Position numbers and translations under genes: made by a program. Source: Chrysomallon squamiferum (taxonomy: Eukaryota > Animalia > Mollusca). From it: a DNA stretch of 64,000 nt. Shown in pieces: positions 28,116-41,871 of the stretch. The stretch lies in the NCBI GenBank assembly GCA_012295275.1, contig CM022674.1, positions 8,308,001 to 8,372,000 of the forward strand, written 5' to 3'. How positions within the stretch are numbered: position 1 is the first letter of the stretch; the number at the start of each line of letters is the position of its first letter. Below the pieces are notes generated by a model that saw only the letters and a list, made by a program, of their open reading frames with translations, was not told the DNA's origin and made no database searches.

Positions 28116-30599
28116 AAGGTTTAAACTTCAAGTCCACTCTGCAGCACTAAGTTCCCAGAGGAAAACATTTGTCCTTTTTATGTCTCACAAATCTCTGAGT
28201 AGACATTAGTAACACTTATGTCGGAGATGAATATGTTTACGTATAAATGAAAATTCACAAATCTGAATATACTATCTGACTTTGTTTGGGTTATTTTTGT
28301 ATTATTATTAATTATTTCTATTCTTATTTATATTAAAATGTACACATACGTAGGCATATACATTATCTATCTACATACATAAAGGTACTTGTTCATTCTT
28401 AAGTCAATATGTTCTTTTGAAATACACAATGTTTTGACCATATCAGCCAATACGAAAATGAATTTCCTTTTAAAATATTTTATTTGTTAGTACATTATCT
28501 GAGCACTATAAGTTACCATCATATATGTACTTCAATATTAATAATAATAATAATAATAATAATCATCATAATCATAATCATAATCATAATCTGTTTTCTA
28601 TGTCATTGACTATAATTAATAGTTTTAATCCACAACCAAAGACAATACTTTTCTATAAACCCACAGACAAGACATCAGATATTCAAGATGCTGTTGATAC
28701 TCTGGCATTTTTCTTTTCTTTTTAAATCGTCTGTAATAAAGTATTAACTCGTTCATCAGACTAGAACAATTCTGCTTAAATAAACATTGGTTTCCATCAC
28801 GCCTCACATTTCTATAAATTTCTCCTTAAAAGCATGGCCCCAGTGCCTCATATTTATAATCAGTTGCTTCATCTTGTTAACACCGGCTTTTTTATGTTTT
28901 TATCAAATTTTTGGCCCGCAGCTAAAACTCTAATTGGTTTCTTGTTTGTATAAAAAAGTAGATAATTGTGTTTGGACTTGCTGTTTGAATGTTGCTGTAT
29001 ATCAACAGTCTACTAATAACATCTGTGGTGGCGCAGCACATAAAACTTCACAAACGAATAGCCACGGATCGCGTCTTGGCATCAACTTTTTAAACTGAAG
29101 TATGTAAGTCAGTTCATCTTTCGTCTGTCTAACTAATCTTCTAACCATAACACACCATACAAACTAGTGACTGGCTGCTTTACACAGTACTATTCTGTTT
29201 TGAAAAGAGAAAATTTAATTTAAAAAAATAATAATAAATAATAATAAATAATAAGAAGAAGAAGAAGAAAATGGAAATTAATTTTGTACTGAGAAATGAA
29301 TCAGTCGATTAAATAATTCATTCTGTCTAATTTTCTTGCGTCTTAAACAGAAATATTCAACATTCTTGTAAAATGCAGTCTTAGAATATTTCTCATGTTG
29401 CACCTTTTTTCTTTCTAACGAGCCCTGCGTTCTGTATGGTGAGTGTGAAACATGTTTTTCTCTTAATGGAAATGTATAAATTATTAAACATAATCCTCTG
29501 CTTGTCTCTGTGATGATGTAGTAGGTGGTCACAGAAAATTTCTAAACTTGTTTTTAAAAGTACAAAAAGGCGAATAACCAGTTATATTCAGTACAATATG
29601 TCGATGTTTAATTAATAGTAAAAATTGTCATTTAAAAAAATATAATCTTTATTGATTATCTAATACAAAACCCAGAAAAGAATGAACATTTTATTATATT
29701 CACATTTAAATATAGAAGAAAGTAAAAAAAATAATAATAATAAAAAAAAAGAAAACAAAATGTCTTCATTACAGCTGATTTATTAAAATCAATGTTTCTT
29801 CCTGTTTCTGGGAAAGTCTCTTGAGAAAATATTTTGCTGAAATAAATAATAAGGTGTATGAGATTCCCTCTCTCAAAACTTCATTTTACAAAAATCATGC
29901 AGAACTTCAAACAAATTATCGTCATCACAATTATCCTTTTCTAAATCATTATCATTATTGATCATTATTTGCTGTTATTGTTTATTCTCTAAAATCTTCA
30001 TTACACAAAACCAAAAAAATCATATAAGGATTTCTTGCAAATCATTATTGTTATCATCATCATCATCATTTATAATCTTGTTATTCATAATTGTTTCCTC
30101 TCAAAAAATCTTCATCAACAAGAAGAACATGAATGACTCGATGCCAGCAATGTTGTAGCTGGTATCGTTATTAAAAAACTCATTAAAACAATTATGAAGC
30201 GTAGCAGAATGTTTAATATCTAATAACCCTTTAGAATTATTAAGTATTGATTAATCTGTAAAATGCTTTAGTATTATTAATTCATTTCTTATTTTGCTTC
30301 ATAATTTTTTATTTTTTTATCACTCTGCTGCTTGAAGTAAATTTATTAAGTTAACTTGCGAAATTTAAATATCAGTTACATTATGGAATTAATCTGTAAC
30401 TGAAAGGAAGGAAGAAATGTTTTATTTGAAAACAGGCTCAATAAACTTTTAATTTCTTATTATAACAATGTATTTCAGAGCGAAAAATGCCCAAAACATA
30501 ATTTTTAAAAATCAAAGAAAAAAGAAACAAAATACATCATAGCCCAAGTTACGATTACTCTTTTTCGAATAGATTTTTTTAATTATACTTGTGTATTAA

Positions 30600-31310
30600 T
30601 TTAATAGTTTGTGTTTCTTATATAGCGATAGTTTGTGAGTCGAATATAGCGATAGGTTGTGATTTTTGTATCGCGATAGTTTGTGATTCGTGTATAGCGA
30701 TAGTTTGTGATTCTTGTGTAGCGATAGTTTGTGATTCGTGTATAGCGATAGTTTGTGATTCTTGTGTAGCGATAGTTTGTGATTCGTGTATAGCGATAGT
30801 TTGTGATTCTTGTATAGCGATAGTTTGTGATTTTTGTGTAGCGATAGTTTGTGAATTATTGTGTAGCGATAGTTTGTGAATTCTTGCGTAGCGATAGTTT
30901 GTGATTCGTGTATAGCGATAGTTTGTGATTCTTGTGTAGCGATAGTTTGTGATTCGTGTATAGCGATAGTTTGTGATTCTTGTATAGCGATAGTTTGTGA
31001 TTCTTGTGTAGCGATAGTTTGTGAATTCTTGTGTAGCGATAGTTTGTGATTCGTGTATAGCGATAGTTTGTGATTCTTGTATAGCGATAGTTTGTGATTC
31101 TTGTGTAGCGATAGTTTGTGAATTCTTGTGTAGCGATAGTTTGTGATTCGTGTATAGCGATAGTTTGTGATTCTTGTATAGCGATAGTTTGTGATTCTTG
31201 TATAGCGATAGTTTGTGATTCTTGTGTAGCGATATTTTGTGATTCTTATATAGAGATAGTTTGTGATTTGTGTGTAGTGATAGTTTGCGATTCTAGTGAC
31301 AGTGATTTTT
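30600..31310. repeat. 24-bp minisatellite, about 29 copies
   Basis: Unit tagcgatagtttgtgattcttgtg; occasional +1 variants (gtgaatt) break the IAIVCDSC reading frame. Confidence 0.95.
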
Positions 31311-31934
31311 GTATGGCGGCAGTTTCTGTTTCTTACATACCAAATTATATTTCTTTTACAAATGCTTGTTTATTACAATAATGAAAAACGCAAATACAAA
31401 GTAATGTTAGGGTAAACTTCTGAATGCCACATTACTGGGAAAACAAGCAGGTAAAAACAAACCAGACAATGATTTGATAACAATATATATATAAAAGATA
31501 TATTTTACTAATAAAACAACAAAATGATGCTTTAGACGTGACTTCATTAAAAACAGAGTGATTTTTATGTCAATAACTGTCATCTGACTGCGTTACAAAA
31601 TAGTCCAGATGCAAGTCGGATTACGGACATATTGATTTTACGTAGAAAAGCGCGTCATTATGTCTTGTAAACCTGATTTTCGTACACTTGGCAAAAGCGT
31701 ACAATAGAACAGTGACGGGAAATCATTTCATGTTTTCTTTCTTCAATTGTGTTTTCTATTTCCTTGATGAAAATAATCTATTTCGAATAAAAGATGGGTA
31801 TTCTTGTCAGTAACGAATGAGAGAGAAGTCAATTACGCCTGCTAGTGTGATTTGGAGATCTACGTTTTATTAAACTTCTTTCAGTCCCTGTCATTTTTAT
31901 ATCGTCTTTAACCTGCGATTTTTATTTTTATTAA

Positions 31935-31962
31935 TTATTATTGTTGTTATTATTATTATTAC

Positions 31963-32052
<90 letters not shown>
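31935..32052. repeat. (TTA)n followed by poly(T)
   Basis: Direct inspection. Confidence 0.93.
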
Positions 32053-32055
<3 letters not shown>

Positions 32056-32174
32056 TAATTTTAGAAAACGAAATTATTTCAGTTAATTCATTTCCGGTAT
32101 ACAGAAAGTTATTTATTACAAAACGTTGTCATGGAACTACATAACTGTTTTATTTATTATTGGTATACAGAAAT

Positions 32175-32610
32175 GTATTAGTCACTACCAGCCATAAATA
32201 CATCTATTAATTATACAGCTGTTCGTAATTGTGTTAGTCGCTACCAGCGTACATGACTTTATTAGTTATGACTAGCGCACGTGACTGTATTAGTCGCTAC
32301 CAGCATACATGACTTTATCAGTTACAACCAGCACACGTGACTGTATTAGTCGCTACCAGCATACATGACTTTATCAGTTACAACCAGCACACGTGACTGT
32401 ATTAGTCGCTACCAGCGTACATGACTTTATCAGTTACTGATTCTTGACTGTATTAGTAACCAGCACACGTGACTGCTATTAGTCGCTGACTACTAATGAC
32501 TTTACATTACTTTATTAGTCAATACACTGCATAAGACTTTATTAGTCCATACACTGTATAAGACTTTATTAGTCCATACACTGTATAAGACTTTATTAGT
32601 CACAACCGAT
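32175..32610. repeat. 28-bp minisatellite with 56-bp dimer structure
   Basis: Alternating attagtcgctaccagcatacatgacttt and atcagttacaaccagcacacgtgactgt, decaying into actgtataagactttattagtccatac units. Confidence 0.85.
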
Positions 32611-33779
32611 ATACAGAACTTTTTTTAATTTACTACCAGTGTATAGAACCGCAAACCAAAACAGAGATTTAAAATACCGTCTAGCACTTTGCAGCAGTTT
32701 TAATTTGGTTCTTCATTGGCCTGCTTGGAATGAAGGTGAGGGTATAGAGATAGGAGAACATGATTTGCTGTTGAAGTAAATTAGAAAGAACTCTTAACGC
32801 TCCCAGGGTGAAGCACCTATAAATGGCAGCATTGATCTGATTACGTCCATCGCTTTTCTAAAACAGTTAACATACACATCGTCAGTTCTCTGTGATGTTG
32901 CAGATAAAGAAACTTTCAAAATCAGTTTGGCTTGGAAAATCTATATATACTACAAATATTACAGGCAGATAACAGATGTAAGTGCTGACATTGTTCTTTT
33001 TATCATCCATTCCAACAGCGAGAAAGAAGAAAACAGTGAAAGAAAGGAGGGACGAGAAAAAGAAAAAGATAAAAAATAAAGAAAATAATTAACGAATAAT
33101 AATTAAAAAAATAAATAAAATAAAAAATAAAGGAAAAAAAATTAAATTTTTAAAAAAGAAGAAGAAGAAAGAAAGAAAAAGATAACAACGGATATATTAT
33201 AAAAACTGACTAAATCATCAAAAGATTGCAGCAGTACAAAAGAGTTACCTATATTTGTATCATACGACTTGCGATCAAATCGAGCTCACAGCGTCTTCAA
33301 GAATATTTGTTATACTTGGTTAACTGCAGACTGTTCATAATAGGAAAAATACAAATCTTTCTTCACTTATTTTATATTATTTTATATATTTTATTTTATT
33401 ATTTTTATTTTTTTTTATTTTTTTTTTATTTTTTTTTTTTTATTTTTTTTTATTTTTTTATTTTTTCAAAGGTTTACTTGATTTATTGTTGATATTCTGT
33501 TATTCTGATCGCTGGTTTTGGAATTTATTTCATTCACAGCATAACATTCGTTTCGATCAGAATATACGCACTGGCTGCTTACTGTTCTCTAATTAGATAA
33601 TGTGTCTGTAATGATAGTGTTGACACTTAATATAAAAAATAGTACTCCATTAAGACAGGTGTCGACAGTTTAGAATTAAGCGCGTCATAATGATCAAAAT
33701 GATATCAAAAAAAGATTACATTAATGTCAGTGTTTCGGTGTTAATAAATATTTATAATATGATGGGAAAACCCGAAAAA

Positions 33780-33865
33780 ATACTTGATCAGAGATATTTT
33801 AACATATTTTTAGGAATATATATATATATTCCTAAAAATATGTTAAAATATCTCTGATCAAGTAT
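33780..33865. repeat. Perfect 86-bp palindrome centred on (TA)n
   Basis: The 43-nt arm atacttgatcagagatattttaacatatttttaggaatatata equals the reverse complement of 33823-33865, with no mismatch or spacer. Confidence 0.97.
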
Positions 33866-33870
33866 ATATG

Positions 33871-33901
<31 letters not shown>

Positions 33902-34260
33902 GCTTTTATGGGAAATATGTCTGTAAATATTTCACGATGCACTGAAGCATATGGTATATTGGATAATGAAATAATAATCTACCTAGCGGATTGTGTGAAT
34001 TTGCAAAAATTCTTTGATATCATTAATCTTCGTTTGCTGATATCTTTCCGTATAGCTACATATATTCATCCACAGCAAAGACTTCTTTCAAATCCTTTAA
34101 TCTTTTGCTGATTAATATTTTATCACCAAGAACGGTGCTTGAAAAGAGAGTCGGGATAATAAAAAAAAAAAGCTGGTAATCTAAAATATATTTGTTTCCT
34201 GTGTAAAAAGTTACCACCGTATTTTTTTGGATTTTTTAAATTTATTTATTTATTAATTTA

Positions 34261-34261
<1 letters not shown>

Positions 34262-34322
<61 letters not shown>

Positions 34323-34323
34323 T

Positions 34324-34356
<33 letters not shown>

Positions 34357-34366
34357 ATTATTATTA

Positions 34367-34402
<36 letters not shown>

Positions 34403-34490
34403 CATTATCAACATTATCATTATTATCATTACCATCATCATCATCATCATTATCATCATCATTATTATTATTATCATCATTAACATTATT
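34262..34490. repeat. Compound (ATT)/(GTT)/(ATC) microsatellite
   Basis: Direct inspection. Confidence 0.95.
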
Positions 34491-35013
34491 ATATCAAATC
34501 GTTCCTTCCCGCTTTATTTTATTTTTTTCCTAGTTACAATATATTAATTTAGTGAATTTACTAAATTTATTGAAAATCTAAATATCAATGTAGAAATAAA
34601 AGCAGCTGTTTGCTGAACGTGTGTAAAACTCGGCATGTATTGAGGATTTCGCTCATAATTTTGCATACCGCTGTAGAACACATTTCATCTGGAATATATG
34701 TCAGTCGAAAATCTTAGATGATAATCAGTAAGTTTCCGCGCCCCAGAGAGAGGGGAGGAAATAATTACTGAAAATTTCCTGATTTCACTGAAAACTACTA
34801 TTAGAATGGCGTGTTGACATGATTTTTATTAACAAGCTTTGACTTTTCGCTAGATTTTTTTTTTCTTGCGACATGCAACATATTCATCAAAGAAAAGGAT
34901 GAAATGGCGCTACAGGATATGACGACAGCGGAACTCTTGTTCAAAAGAAAATGAATATTTTAACGCTGCCATTATTCTAGCACTTGAAATTATACTGTTT
35001 TCTTTTTCCTAAC

Positions 35014-35048
<35 letters not shown>

Positions 35049-35258
35049 CAGCCCTCTCTGAAAGTAGGAGGATTTTTAGAATGTATTTACTTTCATAACA
35101 ATGTCGCAGATGCAGATAATGATTAAGATAATAAAAGGAGCTTTAGACATTTTACTGAATTTTCACAGAATACGGGTTAATTCAGCAACAAACAAGTGAA
35201 TGCGAGGGTCATAAGATCATCATAAAAATTCAGTGTTTTAAATTTATTAATAAACAAA

Positions 35259-35304
<46 letters not shown>

Positions 35305-36107
35305 TAAATAAATAAATAAACTAATTAAAAAGATAAATAAAAAATAAAAATAATAAATAAAAAAGATTAAGAAAAGGGAAAAAGTAAAGATATCATGGCT
35401 TATGTTGTTCAAGGTTTATACATGTTTTAGCAGCTGCATAGAAACAGCACAGTTCATTTACGAAAAGCCACTGTCCGTACTTCATACTCATATTCTTTAT
35501 CACTTTTTCTTGCTTTAAATTGTGACAGGTTTTTTTTCCCAGTAACGACCCTCCGTTTCTCTGTTCAAATGGTTAACTGCAATTTCAGTAAATGTTCGTC
35601 TTTTATGATATTTTATTTTACGTATTTGCTGCCATTTGTCACATGATTAACAACATGAACAACGAAGCGGACGATGGTTTGAAAAAATAACTGTCCCTGT
35701 TTCAAGCTTTTAACTCATTAAAACAAAGGCCGATAAGTATTGAAACATTTTAATGAATTTAGAAGAGTGCCATTTTTTACGATAAAAAGTCCGTTTTTAT
35801 ACTTTTTAAAAAGAAATTAAAAAAACAAAAAAACAAAACAAAACAACAATAACAACCTGAATTTATGTTGATAATAAAATACTGAAAAAAATCAGATTTT
35901 GTACATTGTTTTTCATTAAGATAATTGTGTGCGTCAGATCTTCTCGCTAAACCCAACAAATACATGATTTTGTTAAAATTCATTTAAAACTGCCTATTTC
36001 CGTAAAATTATATATTTTGTTCTCTCGATTCGGCCTTATAATTAAATCTGTATGGCTTCATAAGTGCCTTCTTTTCCATATAATTACAAAGAACATGTAA
36101 TGAAATA

Positions 36108-37585
36108 TACTCTAACAAAAAAGAAACGCAAAAGTAGATTTTATTGACATTGGGAATATCTACAGAAAGCAGCAGAATGTTCACATTTTACACACACTTT
36201 CGCAATTCATTAATATTGATCAAATTTATTGAAAAGGTTAAAGTTCAAGGTTATAATAGTATAATATCAATACCTTGTGTACCCAGCATGGGAGTCCAGA
36301 ACTGCCTGACATCTCCTTCCCGAGGCAGTAATGACATTACGAATTTAACCTTGTGGAAATGTGGCTCACTCTGTCTGTAGTAATAATGCCAACTATTCTG
36401 TGGCTGTGGTTGATGTTGCCTCAGTCGTCTATCCAACTCGTCCCATAAATGCTCTATAGGGTTCAAATCCAGAGATTTGGAGAGTCAGGGCAGGACCTGA
36501 ATGTTATTGTTGTGTACGTATGCTGTTGTGAGTCTGGCTGTATGTAGTCTCGCATTGTCGTTCTGGAATACAGCACTACCATTATTCATAATTGGAGCGA
36601 CATGTGGCTGCAAAAGTTCATCTCGGTATCTCTGTGCCGTTAAGTTGCCTTGGATGTGAACCAGGTTGGTCCTGCCAGTGTATGAGATTGCTGCCCACAC
36701 CATCACCCTACCACCGCCAAATCTGTCCGTTTCCTGTATGCAGTTCGCAGCAAAACGTTCACCACGACTTCTGTAAATTCGACATCTTCCATCAGCTTGA
36801 CGAAGCAGAAATCGAGCCTCGTCACTAAACCAGACAGTTCTCCATCGTAACTGAGGCCAGACTCTGCGCACTTGACACCACTGACGTCGTAGTCGACGAT
36901 GTTGTTGAGTCAAAACCACTCTTCTTACAGGCCATCTGGCTTGAATACCTGCCTCGCGTAAACGATTGCGCACTGTCTGAGCCGATATTCTACGCAGAAT
37001 TGATATTGCTGAAGCAGTAGAGGTTGCCGTGGTGGTTCTTTCCCGTAGATGAAGTACCCGTATGTAGCGGTCCTGGGCCCTGGTGGTTACACGTGGTCTA
37101 CCTGATCTGGGACGGTCACCTGTTGTTTCGTGTTGCTGGAACCGATACCACAATCTCAAGATGGTGCTTGGGGATACATGGACCACCCGGGCTGCGGCCG
37201 AGAAGGATTCGCCAGCTTGTAAACGGCCTATGGCGTTGTTTCGTTGCGGTTCATTCACTCGTGACATTTGCTTGATGTTGGGTCAGAACAAAAATAACGA
37301 ATAGAAGTATTCGAAAACCTTTTATTTTTATAACCCTCGTATTCAAGTTTAATGTGCCGCAAGTGCACATGTACTGGTAACGTGGTTTGCATGCGGGGAC
37401 GTGTTGCCTAATAAACACGATCATAGCCTTTATTTTGTGTTACCTACTTTTTGGCGACTGTATCAAAAGCTAAACGTTTGAATCACTAACTGTCATTATA
37501 TTCATAGTTTGTAACATCGATATGTATCAGTTTACAATAGTTATCTAAGAAATCAACCATTTTGCGTTTCTTTTTTAGGAGAGTA
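36108..37585 (-). mobile_element. Tc1 (DD34E) DNA transposon, near full length, inactive
   Basis: TIRs tactct(aac/cct)aaaaaagaaacgcaaaa at both ends; TA TSD at 36106-07 and 37586-87; internal transposase. Confidence 0.95.
36267..37267 (-). pseudogene. Tc1 transposase pseudogene
   Basis: HTH region, RSGRPR, FSDE, QNDNAR and DLNPIEHLW motifs, with 34 residues between the second D and the E. The W codon is TGA at 36485-87; a frameshift and further stops precede the terminal RRCQAV...GYTRY*. Confidence 0.95.
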
Positions 37586-37652
37586 TATTGACATTAGTTT
37601 ACGTTATAAACTCAGCCTTTGTTGTGCTTTTGTATTTATAAATACTTTAGTT

Positions 37653-37959
37653 CGGGCATGAGCAACCTTTCTCGAGAAGCGGGCCACATGAGACATGGCT
37701 CATCCTCAGGCGGGCCGCAGTTACTAATTTAGACGATTTTGTGTTTTTACGTAGAGTTTATTTTAAGAAAATTTTCATTTCATTTACTTCAGGAACTGTT
37801 ATAATAGAAAAATAAAAAAAATAAAATAATAAAATTGCATGTATTTTAGTATATACAAAATAGATTCATTTTATAAAATTTGAATTAAAGTTATTTTCCT
37901 TCTGAAATTAGGCGGGCCACTCAGATTGCGGCCCGCGTGCCGCAGTTTGCCCATGACTG
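37653..37959. mobile_element. hAT Charlie/Buster-type MITE
   Basis: TIRs cgggcatgagcaac versus cagtcatgggcaaa (reverse complement); 8-bp TSD ctttagtt / ctttactt with central TA; repeated gcgggcc subterminal motifs. Confidence 0.88.
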
Positions 37960-38995
37960 CTTTACTTTATGGAAACGTCTTACTTTTAAAAAGCATTAAC
38001 GTAAAATAGAGTTATTTCCCGTGGATCAACATTTCAGAAATAATTTATTTTTATGTTTACATGAATAGTTAAAGATAAAACTTCATAATAACAGTTTTAA
38101 ATCCTCTTTCATCAGATCTTTTTTTTTATTATTTACTTCGTCAAGAATATATGCATAGGTTTCCCTATGTAATGTGTAAGTAATATTATATTTTCAGTAT
38201 GTATCTCAATTTTTAATAATAAAAATAACAATAACAACAATAATAATAAATATAAATAAATGAATAAAAAATAACAATACCAAATTAAAATTAAATAAAT
38301 AAATAAATAAATAATAAATAAATAAATAAATATAATAAATAAATAAATAAATCAAAATTAAAATCAAAAATGTAATTTTCTTTCTTATCCATCAAGCCGC
38401 AGTTCCGTTCATGTGTCCCTCCTATGTGATTATTCTGAAATGGTCTGTACTCAAACTTGAACGTGCAGAATAAAGAGGAAACATCCGAATTTAAAACACG
38501 TCGGTAGACCTCCATATTTTGACCCGTTTTTAAAACATCGGTAATGTTTTTTTGTTGTTTTTTTCCTTAGCTTCGAAAATTTCGTTCATGCCGTTGTTTC
38601 TCTGATTTTATTTTTATCGAGTGTGCGTGTGTGTGTGCGTGCGTGCGTGCCTGCGTCTTATTTTCTTGTTTACTTTGATGTTTATTTTTTTGTTTTGATT
38701 TAAAAAAACAAAAACAAAAAGCAAAAATAAATAAAAATTAACGTCATGTCTGAAGAGAACATTTTATAAAAATTTGTCAAGCACAATAAAAAGAAAACAG
38801 TTGAGAATGCTAGGTTCCACCAAAACAGTAATTTATATTAGCTGTTAATAATAAATTTATAATAAATCTCGACAGTGAACTATTTTGTACTACATTTATG
38901 CACATTTATTATGTTATATACATACAGACAGGTGAATATACAGCTAGCAGTACAGATCAAGAAACAGTGTAAAATAGTTTGAAAATTATTATAGT

Positions 38996-39044
<49 letters not shown>

Positions 39045-39308
39045 ATGAAAAAAATGGGTGAAGATTTCAAAAGTAAATCAGGTTTTAAAATGAAATCTAT
39101 TTTGTATTTTAACAAGTTTAAACGATAAAATGCTTTCATTTTGTTTTAAAGATATTTAGAAAAAGAAAAAAGTAAACAAACTAAATTAACTGCCAGACAA
39201 TATGTAAGTAACTGATTTTATGTTTATTTATTATTTCGTGTAAAGAAAGAAATGTCTGTCGACTTCAGAACAGTTAATGTGAAACTAACTTAGCAGACAA
39301 TTTGAAGT

Positions 39309-40777
39309 TTACTTTTTACACCAAGAAAATATTTTTATTTGTCCAGTCAAACGTTCTCCCACGTACAGTTTGTTGTTATGACAACAGACAGACCAAGGTT
39401 TGGTCAGTCCATCCTGGCCAGTGAGTATGTCACGTACAATGTTACCATCTCGTGACAACTGAACAACACAATCTCTACTGCCATCACATACAAAAATATT
39501 CCCCTCTCTGTCACAAGTAACATCTGCCATGTCTTTCATTCTGACTGAATCACGTGACTCCCATTTGACGTCACCTGATGACGTCACACAAAATAAACTG
39601 TTTACATTTTCTCTCAGTGACACAACAATTAGACACTGATCGTGAACTGTGAGAAATGACGGTTTGGGGATCAAATCTGCTGAGAAAGACTTAATGAGCT
39701 GACCACTGCCCGTCAGTATATCCAAGTGCTGATCCATGTACCCAGTGACCGCGAAACGGTTGCCAGGTAACACAGCGATATAGACATAATTTTTTTTAGT
39801 TCTAATTGTTTTGACCAGTTTGAAATTTTTCAAATTTAAAAACAATATTTTACATTCACCTGGCAGAACAACAACAACAAAATGATCCTGCTGATCACGT
39901 GATTCAGCAAGACCGAATGGTGGAGAGGAAGTTACATATTTGTTTATCACTGAGTTTCTTTCTAAACAAAAGCATTTTACACAGACATTGTTAAAATCAT
40001 TAACCACTATTTTACTCTTGTCCTCACCTGACAAAAGGATGGAAACCAGAAAAGGATTTGTTTTATCACTTTGTGTTTTTGTATCAATGGTGTCTGTGTG
40101 TTTGAGTGTGTCTGTCTGCCTGTTTATCTGTGTGTCTGCATGTTGTGTTTTTGTATCAATGGTATCTGGTGGTTTGAGTTTGTCTGTCTCTCTGTCTATC
40201 TGTGTGTCTGTGTGTTTCAGTGTGTCTGTTAGTCTGTCTATTTGTGTGCCTGTTTGGATGTTTGTGGATATTTCTCCAATGTGCACAGACATTTCTTTCT
40301 TTTTATCAGATTTTATCAGATGTATTTTGAACTCTGCTTTTTCTATTTGTGAAAGAGATTTGGACAGAAACTCTGAAGTTGTGTTTTGAAGTTTGATGAA
40401 TTTTGAAATATTAATTTTAATATCAGACTCTGATTGTCCTTGTAACAAATCTTCACCCAATTTTATCATTTTTTCGTTTTCCTCAATCAGATGTCTCTGT
40501 TCAGTAAACAATTTCTCTATTTCTGAGTTTACAAAGTTCTGAGATTTTTCTATTTCTCTTATCAGCCTGTCTTGTTCCTTGTGGACTGCAGCTGTAAAAT
40601 CTGTTATTAGTGTGTTACCAATTCTTCTGACTTCTTCTGTGGTGTCCACGACGTTGATGTCGACGACTTGGCGAAGTTGCTCAATTTTATCATCCATCTC
40701 TAACTGAAGAATTTCTTTAAAGGATTTGAGACTCTCACAAACAGAGCTCAGAATTGAAATGTGACTTCCCTTTTTAG
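39309..40777 (-). CDS. TRIM-like RING/NHL protein, final coding exon: coiled coil, T/D-rich repeat linker, NHL-like beta-propeller
   Basis: Acceptor ttatttatttcag| at 40778-80; a phase-1 join puts SKKGSH...LQLE in frame with the 462-aa ORF. Heptad-rich N-part; propeller repeats IVVNDFNNVCVK, DVTCDREGNIFVCD, DILTGQDGLTKPWSV. Spliced product is 584 aa. Confidence 0.9.
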
Positions 40778-40842
40778 CTGAAATAAATAAAATAAATAAA
40801 TAAATAATTGATTAATTAAAAAAATGATGATGATGATGATAA

Positions 40843-40888
<46 letters not shown>

Positions 40889-41026
40889 GAACTAGTACTA
40901 CTACTATTAAAACACAATGTTAAGAGTTAGAGAAATTTATTTTATCAACTAAATTTAAAAATCCGAGTAAATAAAATGTCCTCTAATTCTTTAATAAATC
41001 TAAACACAACACTGCTGCTGACTCAC

Positions 41027-41312
41027 AAAACTTGGAGTGTAACCGATCATTAATGGCGTCCTGTAGTGACTTGTTTATAGGGAACTGAGCTGCCCATGTA
41101 TACACTGGTTTCGTGCTGTCCGGGATGCGAACATTTTGCCTGCAGAACGGGCAGCTGATAAATATGTCATCGTTGTCGTAATTATGACTGAAAAAGTCCT
41201 GCAGGCATTTAGAACAAAACGAATGACCGCAATACAGAACTCTCGGTTTATCAAAAATGTCCATACAAAGACAGCACGAAAGGTTATCATCGGTGATTGA
41301 AGCTGTAGCCAT
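41027..41312 (-). CDS. TRIM-like RING/NHL protein, first coding exon: C3HC4 RING finger (probable E3 ubiquitin ligase)
   Basis: MATAS start 2 nt after acceptor ttcacag| (exon starts 41314); C-x2-C-x11-C-x-H-x2-C-x2-C...C-x2-C followed by FPIN; donor tttt|gtgagt at 41026. Confidence 0.92.
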
Positions 41313-41624
41313 ATCTGTGAATAATAATAATAATAATAATAATAACTCCAACAGGGAAGAATGACAGAACGTTAGAAAAAGAAAATATAGAGAAAGAAAA
41401 AAGTAACTAAATAATAATAATAATTATAGTATTATTATTATTTTTATTATTAACAACAATAGTAATAATAACAGTAACTATAATAATAAATGAAATGATA
41501 AAATATATAAAATATGTAACACTACATTATAAATATACTATGCACATTATTTATTTACTTTATTTAATTTTATTTAAGAAAATGAACTATTAAAGAGAAT
41601 AAGAAACTTCCTAAATTTAGCCTC

Positions 41625-41634
41625 GTGACGTCAC
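41625..41634. promoter_or_regulatory. CRE palindrome GTGACGTCAC in the putative first intron of the TRIM-like gene
   Basis: Full TGACGTCA consensus extended to a 10-bp palindrome; function inferred only. Confidence 0.3.
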
Positions 41635-41871
41635 ACTATTTGTAAAAGAAAACGACAGCTTTACTGTATAATTAATTTTAAAAATTAAAGCCAGTTGTAA
41701 TAACTTGTAATGTAGCAAAGTAAAGAAAACATGAAAAAATGAAAAATACAACAACAAACAAAACATTTGTAATGTGCCCATGAATGCTGCAAGGTAATTT
41801 CGTGTCATGCCACGTAACCCTGCCCACATTTTCATGATCGATCTAACTCGAACATGTACAGTGACCTACTG

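Noticed and set aside
30589-31381. Cys-rich IAIVCDSC repeat protein
   Set aside because: 24-bp minisatellite with frame-breaking 25-bp variants.
39940-40389. Plus-strand 149-aa hydrophobic ORF
   Set aside because: Antisense shadow of the low-complexity TRIM linker.
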